64,000 bases of DNA from Flavobacteriaceae bacterium (GCA_002694465.1 NZMG01000030.1:3488-67487), one strand, 5' to 3'; positions 10,743 to 18,044 are shown, numbered from the stretch's first letter. The notes: generated by a model from the letters alone, not told the origin. Translations and numbers: made by a program.

Positions 10743-10790
10743 TTAAAAGATTGTTTAATAGTATAAAATTAATTGCTGAGATATAGAAAA

Positions 10791-10820
10791 TAAAAAAAGG
10801 GACGCCTGAGAACATCCCTT
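10791..10820 (-). terminator. Terminator of the candidate minus-strand sRNA
   Basis: Minus strand: aagggatg-ttctcagg-cgtccctt followed by a T run. The stem is fully paired only on the minus strand (G-U pair). Confidence 0.75.
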
Positions 10821-10897
10821 CTTGTTTTTAATGATTCGGTTTTTTCACGTCCGATTAGTTAACTAAAGTCAATGAGATAATCTCATCTCCTTTTGTT
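10792..10897 (-). ncRNA. Candidate ~105-nt small RNA
   Basis: Consensus promoter TTG-N20-TACATTTG upstream, own terminator, no ORF longer than 5 codons from an ATG, internal hairpin atgaga-tta-tctcat. Confidence 0.6.
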
Positions 10898-10901
10898 GCT
10901 T

Positions 10902-10932
10902 CAAATGTAACAATTCGATTTAAGGCTTGCAA
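10902..10932 (-). promoter_or_regulatory. Bacteroidota housekeeping-type promoter (-33 TTG / -7 TACATTTG)
   Basis: Exact TAnnTTTG at 10909-10902 and TTG at 10932-10930, with a 20-nt spacer. Confidence 0.7.
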
Positions 10933-11019
10933 GGTAAATGTTCTCTCAATTAAAAGTATTTATTAAAACCTGATGTTAATAAATAGATAATAGATGTTAA
11001 CACCACAAAACAGAGAAAC

Positions 11020-11697
11020 ATGAAAGAAATTAAAATTTCAGCTAATCAACTCGCCACATTCCCAGAAGGAACCGAGGCAAAAAAGAAAGCAATAATTCGA
11101 CAACAGAAAAATCCAAGTCCAATTATTGTTGCTCGATATGCAAAGGCAAGGTCGAAAATGAAAAGAACTTATTCAGATAAAGGTGATATAAAGCATATTG
11201 TTGATGGTATTGAAGAATTAAAAAGAATAATACCTGAGACAGATTGGAAGCGAAATGATAAAATGGTATCCATAGAAGCTTTAACTAGATTTTTAAGAAT
11301 GGGTTTGCCTGATTTTTTAGAAAAAGTCCCTTATGAAGTATTGAGCAAGCCTAAAATTAGTTACATAATAGTAAACGGTGTAAAAATTATAGTATCTCCA
11401 GATATTATTGTCAGAATCAATATAGATGGGCAGTTTTACTTGGGTGCAATCAAGATTAGAATAGCTAAAAGCAGTTTATTTACTCCCAAACAATCTAGAA
11501 GAATAGCTACTATGATTCATAAATATTTAGAAGATGTTGTTGCAAATGATGATGATATGGTTTCCAAAAAAATGTGTGTCGCTCTTGACGTATTTCACAA
11601 CTCGACTATTACAGCTCCTTCAAAAATGAAAAAAATTTTCAGCGAAATTGAAAGTAGTTGTAATGAGGTTAAGCTGCTTTGGAGTAGTATTGCGTAG
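11020..11697 (+). CDS. Hypothetical protein, possible degenerate PD-(D/E)XK-fold
   Basis: 225-aa ORF with own terminator; N-terminal ISANQLATF and SPDIIV...GAIKIR resemble RecB/Cas4-like nuclease motifs with the second acidic residue replaced by Ala. Confidence 0.7.
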   Translation: MKEIKISANQLATFPEGTEAKKKAIIRQQKNPSPIIVARYAKARSKMKRTYSDKGDIKHIVDGIEELKRIIPETDWKRNDKMVSIEALTRFLRMGLPDFLEKVPYEVLSKPKISYIIVNGVKIIVSPDIIVRINIDGQFYLGAIKIRIAKSSLFTPKQSRRIATMIHKYLEDVVANDDDMVSKKMCVALDVFHNSTITAPSKMKKIFSEIESSCNEVKLLWSSIA

Positions 11698-11725
11698 TAA
11701 CAATAATAAATATTCTAAATTTATA

Positions 11726-11752
11726 GGGAGCGCCAACGGCGCTCCTTTTTTA
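11726..11752 (+). terminator. Rho-independent terminator
   Basis: ggagcgcc-aac-ggcgctcc followed by a T run. Confidence 0.88.
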
Positions 11753-11866
11753 TTTTAAAAATGTTCAATTTAATCCCTAATTAGATTCACTTTTTTGAAA
11801 TCTGATTTTTATCAGTTCAAGAAAATTCAATTTTGCTATTTTTAAACCTGGCAAGAACAACGATTT

Positions 11867-13612
11867 ATGAATTACGGGTTTACCGACTTTCTACAATTAT
11901 TTGGGTCTCTGGGTCTCTTCCTCTTCGGAATGAAAGTAATGAGCGACGCCCTTCTTAATTTGGCTGGCGATCGCATGCGAAAGATATTGGCAACCATGAC
12001 TTCCAATAAGTACATGGGTATTTTTACGGGGTTTTTAATTACTTCTGTTATACAGTCTTCCTCTGCGACAACCTTGATGGTTGTTAGTTTTTCTAACGCT
12101 TCATTGTTAACGCTTACAGAAGCAATAAGTGTTATTATGGGGGCCAATATTGGTACTACAATTACAGCTTGGTTAATAACAATTTTAGGGTTTAAAGTTA
12201 GTATGAGTGCTATTGCATTACCCTTAGTGGGTTTTGGTTTTGCTTTTACTTTCTCAAAAAAGCCTTCATTAAAAAATTGGGGTGCCTTTATAATTGGGTT
12301 TTCCATTTTATTTATAGGATTACAATTCTTAAAAGATGCTGTACCAGATATTAAAAGCAATCCTGAGATTTTAGCTTTTTTAACGAGCTACACAGATTTA
12401 GGCTTTTGGTCTATATTAATCTTTTTACTTATAGGAACATTATTAACTGTAATAATTCAGTCATCCAGTGCTACTATGGCACTAACGTTAATTATGACTG
12501 CACAAGGATGGATTTCATTCGAGTTGGCTGCTGCTATGGTTTTAGGGGAAAATATAGGAACAACCATTACGGCCAATCTAGCTGCAATAGTAGCAAACTT
12601 CCAAGCAAAGCGAACGGCAAGAGCGCACTTTTTATTTAATATTATTGGGGTAATTTGGGTATTGATTTTATTTTACCCATTCCTAAAATTAGTTACTTGG
12701 GTTTCAGAAAAAGCAGGCTCGGATTCTCCTTATCTTACTGCTGCTGCTATTCCTGTTGCAATTTCTTTGTTTCACACTATTTTCAATATCTGTAATACAT
12801 TTTTATTGATGTGGTTCATCAAGCCTATAGCAAAAATTGTGGAACGATTAGTGCCAGAAAAAGAAATTGTTGAGAAAGAAATGGATGAGCCTAAATTTCT
12901 TATGAATAGCGTTCTGGAATTTCCAGAAACATTAATTCATTCATTAAAAAATGAATCGAAATATTTGTTTGAAAATTCAATTCTTGAAATAGTTTCAAAA
13001 GCAATGAATATTATTTCAACAGATTTAAAATCTGAAACTAAAATTAAAAAGGTAGTAAAGAAGAATAAACAAGACTTAAAAACGGATGTAGATAATTTGT
13101 ATTACACCAAAGTAAAAAATATTTATGGGAAGATTATTGAGTATGCAACAAAGGGGCAGAGTAGTTTAAAACTTACCCAAAAGCAAACCAAAGAAATTTC
13201 GGAAGTTAAATTAGCCAATAGAGTTATGGTAGAGATAGTTAAAAATTGTGTTGGGCTAAATAAGAATGTTACTAAGTACTTTAATTCTGAAAATGAATTT
13301 GTTAAAAAAGAATACTATAAATACCGAAAAAAAATCGCTAAAGTTATAAGAGTAATTTATCTATTCGCTGAGCAAGATGAGAAAGATAAATATTATTTAA
13401 AATTAAGAAAGCTAAAACAAGAAGCAGAACAGGAATACCATCATTCTAATGAATCTATTAATAGTTTAATACGTCAAAATCTCATTAGTGTTTCCATGGC
13501 TTCTTCTTTAATTAATGATAATGATACTGTTAATGATATTATTAAGAAACTCATCATCGTAGCAGAGTTGTTATTTACTACTAAAGATAGTTTATTAGAA
13601 AATGGAACATAA
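11867..13612 (+). CDS. Na/Pi cotransporter family protein (NptA-like) with PhoU-like C-terminal region
   Basis: Two QSSSAT repeats, GANIGTT and GENIGTT motifs, soluble helical C-terminus. Confidence 0.93.
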   Translation: MNYGFTDFLQLFGSLGLFLFGMKVMSDALLNLAGDRMRKILATMTSNKYMGIFTGFLITSVIQSSSATTLMVVSFSNASLLTLTEAISVIMGANIGTTITAWLITILGFKVSMSAIALPLVGFGFAFTFSKKPSLKNWGAFIIGFSILFIGLQFLKDAVPDIKSNPEILAFLTSYTDLGFWSILIFLLIGTLLTVIIQSSSATMALTLIMTAQGWISFELAAAMVLGENIGTTITANLAAIVANFQAKRTARAHFLFNIIGVIWVLILFYPFLKLVTWVSEKAGSDSPYLTAAAIPVAISLFHTIFNICNTFLLMWFIKPIAKIVERLVPEKEIVEKEMDEPKFLMNSVLEFPETLIHSLKNESKYLFENSILEIVSKAMNIISTDLKSETKIKKVVKKNKQDLKTDVDNLYYTKVKNIYGKIIEYATKGQSSLKLTQKQTKEISEVKLANRVMVEIVKNCVGLNKNVTKYFNSENEFVKKEYYKYRKKIAKVIRVIYLFAEQDEKDKYYLKLRKLKQEAEQEYHHSNESINSLIRQNLISVSMASSLINDNDTVNDIIKKLIIVAELLFTTKDSLLENGT

Positions 13613-13642
13613 AAAAACCCTCCAATAAAGGAGGTTTTTTTT
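13611..13642. terminator. Bidirectional terminator between the convergent phosphate transporters
   Basis: aaaaaaac-c-ctcc-aataaa-ggag-gttttttt, with an A run on the left and a T run on the right. Confidence 0.8.
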
Positions 13643-13657
13643 AAGAATTTAAACAAA

Positions 13658-15901
13658 TTAATTCTTTTTATAACTATTGTAATACTCTTCCATTAAGTGG
13701 ATAAGAGCTGTCACAAGATCTTTAGTTTCCATTAATAAATTGAAATAAAGTGTGGTATTCTTTGGACTAGACTCTTCCGTTCTAGTTCTTTGAATTTGCT
13801 TCTCAATTTTTGCTGAGATATCTGCATAAGCCTTTTCTTTTCGGTCTAAAATACCTTCAAGTCTTTCAAAATCCTTGGTATCAAAAATATTTACAATATC
13901 CATTAGTAGGTGCTCGAATGAAGCATTTATTTCTTGAAGATCTTTAATTTGATTAAATTTTAGGGCCTTGTGATTATTGTTAACATGCTTGTAACTCTTT
14001 TTTGTTATGTATTCTAAGGACTGAGCCACATCGGTTAAATATCCAAGTATAATGATATAGAAGTTACTACCTCTTACACTTGTATCATCAAGATTTTTAA
14101 TAAAATAGAATATGTTATTTCTTAAATCTTCAATTTCATTATCGAGTTTTTCAACCCCCTTCTTTGTCTTTTTAAGTTTCTTTTCATCTTGCTTTGCAAG
14201 ACCTTTAATTACCTCTGTATAAATCTTATTTGTTCTGGAAACAACATTTGAAATGTTATTTGCACTTTCAGAAATAATTCCTTGTACCGTTTTACTTTCA
14301 GACTTTTTTAAACCAGTTTTGTCTAGTTTTTCTATTCCTTTTCTTTTATGTGACAAATAATTTCTTATTAATAATGCTAATGCGACTAATAATAGGATAG
14401 CAATAGCAGGTCCTCTTCCTATATAAATGATATAGGTTAAGGTTCCCGCGGCTAAAAAAGCACTGAATGCTGTAAAAAACCAGCCTCCAATGACGTTTAG
14501 TACTCCTGCTACTCGATATACCGCACTTTCACGCCCCCAAGCTCTATCTGCCAATGAGGTACCCATAGCTACCATAAAAGTTACATAGGTAGTGGAAAGA
14601 GGTAACTTCATTGAAGTGGCAATGGCAATAAGAATACCAGCTACCGTTAGGTTTATAGAAGCACGAATCAAATCAAATGCAGGTATTTCGTGAGCTTTAC
14701 CAGCTGGAATTTTTACCTCTGGTTTTTCGAAACTTTTCGCAATTTTATCTTGTGTTGACTGAGGTATAGCACCCCCTAATAATGAAGCTAATTTTGTACT
14801 TCCTTTAACAACAGCACGAGATAAGATGTTAGGATTAAATTTTTCTGCCCCGTCACCTTGTCTAGAGAGTCCTATTTCTGTTTCGGTAACAGTTCTTGCT
14901 TTTTTGGAAAACCAAAGTGTTAATACCATTATAGCACCAGAGACAAATAGTAAAAGAGGTTCTGCAGGGACTTTTTCTTCAAGAACATTCATTGAAAATG
15001 CATTCGCCGCTTCTCCAGAGACAGACCAAGCTTCATAACTATGGTATGCAGCCATAGGAACACCAATAAAGTTAACTAAATCGTTTCCAGAAAACGCTAA
15101 TGCTAACCCAAATGTCCCAATTGCTATTACTACCAATAGGATGCTTTTTTTAAATATTTTAGTAAATAATATTGAAAAGGCAGTCCAAAAAAGAAACCCA
15201 ATTCCTATTACTATCCAAAAATTTGTAGCTAGAATTTCTTTAAAAGCACTATAATTTGGAGCTCCTTTAAGTCCTTTAAAAAAGATAAAATAGCTAATTG
15301 CGGTTAGGGTTAAACCCCCAAAAATGGCCCCAAAATTCTTCATTTTTTGTTCGTAATGAAACGAAAATACAAGCCTAGATAACCATTGAACCAGTGCTCC
15401 TAGGGTAAAAGCAATTACTACTGAAAGTAAAATACCTGTGATAATTTCTATTGCCTTTTCAGAATTTATATAATTTCCTATATCAGCCATCGTTTCCGAA
15501 GAGGACGCGCCAATTTTTATAAGCGCCATTACTACAGTAGCACCTAGTAAAGAAAAAACTATGGATACTGTAGTGGAAGTGGGCATTCCTAGTGTATTGA
15601 AGAAATCTAGTAATAAAATATCCGTAATCATTACGGCTAAAAATATTATCATAATTTCATCAAAATAGAATTCTCCAGGGATAAAAATCCCTTTACGAGC
15701 AACTTCCATCATCCCACTGGAATAAACGGCTCCAATAAAAATTCCTAAACTCGCAACAATCATAATGGTACGGTAAGGAATAGCTTTAGAACCAATTGCA
15801 GAATTTAGAAAGTTTACAGCATCATTACTAACACCAACAACTAAATCAACAATAGCTAAAACCGCTAAAGCTACAAGCATTAAAATGTAAATATTATCCA
15901 T
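13658..15901 (-). CDS. PiT/PHO4 family inorganic phosphate transporter with PhoU-like C-terminal domain
   Basis: GVSNDAVNFLNSAIGS, GMPTSTTVSIV, GNDLVNFIGVP, LPLSTTYV signature motifs. Confidence 0.93.
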   Translation of the reverse strand: MDNIYILMLVALAVLAIVDLVVGVSNDAVNFLNSAIGSKAIPYRTIMIVASLGIFIGAVYSSGMMEVARKGIFIPGEFYFDEIMIIFLAVMITDILLLDFFNTLGMPTSTTVSIVFSLLGATVVMALIKIGASSSETMADIGNYINSEKAIEIITGILLSVVIAFTLGALVQWLSRLVFSFHYEQKMKNFGAIFGGLTLTAISYFIFFKGLKGAPNYSAFKEILATNFWIVIGIGFLFWTAFSILFTKIFKKSILLVVIAIGTFGLALAFSGNDLVNFIGVPMAAYHSYEAWSVSGEAANAFSMNVLEEKVPAEPLLLFVSGAIMVLTLWFSKKARTVTETEIGLSRQGDGAEKFNPNILSRAVVKGSTKLASLLGGAIPQSTQDKIAKSFEKPEVKIPAGKAHEIPAFDLIRASINLTVAGILIAIATSMKLPLSTTYVTFMVAMGTSLADRAWGRESAVYRVAGVLNVIGGWFFTAFSAFLAAGTLTYIIYIGRGPAIAILLLVALALLIRNYLSHKRKGIEKLDKTGLKKSESKTVQGIISESANNISNVVSRTNKIYTEVIKGLAKQDEKKLKKTKKGVEKLDNEIEDLRNNIFYFIKNLDDTSVRGSNFYIIILGYLTDVAQSLEYITKKSYKHVNNNHKALKFNQIKDLQEINASFEHLLMDIVNIFDTKDFERLEGILDRKEKAYADISAKIEKQIQRTRTEESSPKNTTLYFNLLMETKDLVTALIHLMEEYYNSYKKN

Positions 15902-15921
15902 TTTTTAAAAATTATTTTCGG

Positions 15922-15966
15922 GCAAAATTCTTAATTAATTTATGATTACCTGTTATCAAATTGTTA
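15922..15966 (-). promoter_or_regulatory. PiT promoter with Pho-box-like TAACA direct repeats
   Basis: Plus-strand TGTTA at 15951 and 15962 (11-bp spacing), 29 and 40 nt from GCAAA (the -7 TTTGC) at 15922. Confidence 0.6.
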
Positions 15967-15973
15967 CGTTTTA

Positions 15974-17176
15974 TTAAAAATGCAGGTCAAAACCTATTCT
16001 AAATTCAATGCTATCTGCATCACCTTCTAACGTAGTATAACTAACATCAGATTGAACTTTAAGTTTGTGGCCTACAATATACTTAGAAACACCTAAAGTA
16101 TACTGTTCTTCACCTAGTCTACTAGTAATGTTATTATAATCTGTATTAGTAAACCTTCCTGCAATTTCATAATTATTTTTAAATAAATAACCAGCTTGTA
16201 AATTTAATGCATTACCTACTAATACAATATCTCCAGTTTCGGTTCCGTCTGCTTCGATGGCTACAGGGTTTTCGGCATCTCTATTAGCATATTCTCCCAT
16301 AAATGAAAAACCTTTGTATTTAAACATGGTATCAATAAACAAAGTGGTAATATCGGTTTCGTATAAAGAGCCATCTTCCAAAAACATATAGGAACCTAAA
16401 TTACTTCTTGTTTTTACAGCATCTTGATTTAAATCGTAAGTTACTCCTATCATTAATTTTGGTGAAGCCTCTCTAGCTAAATCTGCTTGAAAATAATCTC
16501 CATTGGATTTAAATAATCCAAATGGAAGGAACTCTAATCTACCGGTATATTGTAACCCACCTTCATTTCCTTCGGTGATATTTCTTCCTTCTCCCTGTGA
16601 AATAGCAACTTTTTCACGAATTATAAAATCTCCGCCCAAATTTGCGTGATGACGTAATTGCATTCCTATATCGCGGTCAATATTGAAGCGGCTGTTTAGT
16701 AAGGATCGGTCTATTAATTGCATATTTGCTGAAGAAACAACACGTTCTACGTTTCCTGGCAATTTTGTTTGCCCTACCCATAATTCGAAATTTTCATAAA
16801 AATTCCACATAATTACCGCATCCAATATATATCTAGGCGTATTTCGGTTAAATTCATTTGCTCCTGATATGTCTCTATTAGAAAGACCTAATTCAATTTT
16901 ATATTCAAGTTTAGGTGAGTATGCCCATCCATCAAATTTTAAACGAGCACGTCTTATTAAAAAATTATGCTCTGGGCTATTATAATTATTACCATTATAA
17001 TCCCAGTTCGTTTCAGAACGAAATTGAATCCTTGGAGCAAATTTGATACTAAAAGTACTATCTTTTGCAGTGTAATTAATGATTCCTTTTCCAAATGAAG
17101 TGTCACTAATTTCTTGAGCTTCAATAGTAAGTGTGGAAAATAAAATTGCCAAAATGGCAAACTTTAAAAGTTTCAT
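15974..17176 (-). CDS. Phosphate-selective porin (OprO/OprP family)
   Basis: Signal peptide, FLIRRARLKFDG, VGQTKLPGNVERVVSS, C-terminal DLHF; context among Pi transporters. Start reassigned to MKLLKF (17176). Confidence 0.85.
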   Translation of the reverse strand: MKLLKFAILAILFSTLTIEAQEISDTSFGKGIINYTAKDSTFSIKFAPRIQFRSETNWDYNGNNYNSPEHNFLIRRARLKFDGWAYSPKLEYKIELGLSNRDISGANEFNRNTPRYILDAVIMWNFYENFELWVGQTKLPGNVERVVSSANMQLIDRSLLNSRFNIDRDIGMQLRHHANLGGDFIIREKVAISQGEGRNITEGNEGGLQYTGRLEFLPFGLFKSNGDYFQADLAREASPKLMIGVTYDLNQDAVKTRSNLGSYMFLEDGSLYETDITTLFIDTMFKYKGFSFMGEYANRDAENPVAIEADGTETGDIVLVGNALNLQAGYLFKNNYEIAGRFTNTDYNNITSRLGEEQYTLGVSKYIVGHKLKVQSDVSYTTLEGDADSIEFRIGFDLHF

Positions 17177-17202
17177 GTAAATCGTTTTAAGTTTTTGTCG
17201 GT

Positions 17203-17247
17203 GCAAAGAACTTAAACCAATGTTAACTGAATGTTACCTATAAGTTA
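17203..17247 (-). promoter_or_regulatory. Porin promoter with four phased Pho-box-like half-sites
   Basis: Plus-strand ACTTA 17210, TGTTA 17221, TGTTA 17232, AGTTA 17243 (all 11 bp apart), at offsets 7/18/29/40 from GCAAA at 17203. Confidence 0.65.
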
Positions 17248-17265
17248 TTTTTAAAAATATTATAC

Positions 17266-17291
17266 AAAAAGGGTCGCCCATTGGGCGACCC
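17266..17291 (-). terminator. Terminator of the candidate phosphate-island sRNA
   Basis: Perfect 9-bp GC-rich stem gggtcgccc-att-gggcgaccc, with a T run only on the minus strand. Confidence 0.85.
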
Positions 17292-17355
17292 CACACATTG
17301 ATAAAATCTAGTCGACAAAAACTTAACGATTTATATGTGTATGTGTATTAAACAC
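17266..17355 (-). ncRNA. Candidate ~90-nt antisense sRNA of the phosphate island
   Basis: Own terminator, TTTATTTG -7-like element at 17368-17361, 5' hairpin GUGU-UUAAU-ACAC, and a 25-nt stretch complementary to the porin and Na/Pi symporter 5' UTRs. Confidence 0.7.
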
Positions 17356-17478
17356 AAAAACAAATAAAGGCCATCTGTATAGCTAAATCGTCATCTAAAT
17401 ATTAAATAAATATTAAGTTTTCTCTTTAATGCTGAAAAGGCATATATAGCACTGAAAATCAGTTTAATAATAATTCAA

Positions 17479-17533
17479 TGTTAATTTAATGTTATGCAAA
17501 CCTTTATTAATTGTTACCAATTTTGTAAATTTG
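17479..17533 (+). promoter_or_regulatory. Promoter of the 17.5-kb gene overlapped by TGTTA repeats
   Basis: Exact -7 TAAATTTG at 17526-17533; TGTTA at 17479, 17490 and 17512 (11 and 22 bp spacing). Confidence 0.55.
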
Positions 17534-17552
17534 AGCTATTAACCCTTAAAAT

Positions 17553-17921
17553 ATGTTTATCATGAGAAAATTATTAGTAGTATTTACTATTTCTCTTTTA
17601 GCAGGGTCGGCTTTTTCACAAGAAAAAGTACAAGATGAATTTGTTAAAGAAGGAAAAGTGATTAAAGCTACGCTTTACCATGAAAATGGAATGGTAGCTC
17701 AAACTGGTTTTTACACATTGGATAATAAACTAGAGGGTGAATGGATAAGTTATGATGCAGTAGGAAATAAAACTGCTGTAGCTCACTACAACAAGGGAAA
17801 CAAAGTTGGTACATGGTATTTTTACCAAGGTAATGAGATTAAGGAGGTAAATTACTCCAATTCTAAAGTTGCCAAAGTGACTTCTTTTAAGATTACAGAT
17901 GCTGTTGTGATATCCAACTAA
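17553..17921 (+). CDS. Secreted MORN-variant repeat protein (YwqK-like)
   Basis: Signal peptide (start may be 17562); repeats YHENGMVAQTGFY, LEGEWISYDAVGNK, KVGTWYFY. Confidence 0.75.
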   Translation: MFIMRKLLVVFTISLLAGSAFSQEKVQDEFVKEGKVIKATLYHENGMVAQTGFYTLDNKLEGEWISYDAVGNKTAVAHYNKGNKVGTWYFYQGNEIKEVNYSNSKVAKVTSFKITDAVVISN

Positions 17922-17940
17922 AGACAAAAACTTACAAATC

Positions 17941-17972
17941 AAAAAATGCCTCAATTTTGAGGCATTTTTTGT
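17941..17972 (+). terminator. Rho-independent terminator
   Basis: aaaaaatgcctca-attt-tgaggcatttttt perfect stem. Confidence 0.88.
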
Positions 17973-18044
17973 TTATGGGATATATTTAAAACTTTAACAA
18001 AGTAATAAGATTTGAAAATTTTTAAAATATATATTTTTGGGGTC

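Noticed and set aside
10972-11002. GATGTTAA direct repeat upstream of the 11020 gene as a Pho-like box
   Set aside because: Spacing is 21 bp rather than 11 or 22, and there is no -7 element at the conserved offset.
17313-17367. Plus-strand mini-ORF MCMCIKHKNK* preceded by a copy of the porin leader
   Set aside because: No plus-strand -7 element upstream, and the adjacent terminator has its U-tail on the minus strand. The minus-strand sRNA reading explains the region better, but strand-specific RNA-seq is needed to exclude this ORF fully.
11850-17450. Sigma-54 (-24/-12) promoters near the phosphate genes, prompted by rpoN in the window
   Set aside because: The candidates examined (TGGCAAG at 11849, AGGCAT at 17438) lack the GG-N10-GC spacing.
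17553-17921. YwqK-like protein as the antitoxin of a toxin-antitoxin pair
   Set aside because: It has a signal peptide, is monocistronic with its own terminator, and no toxin gene is adjacent.
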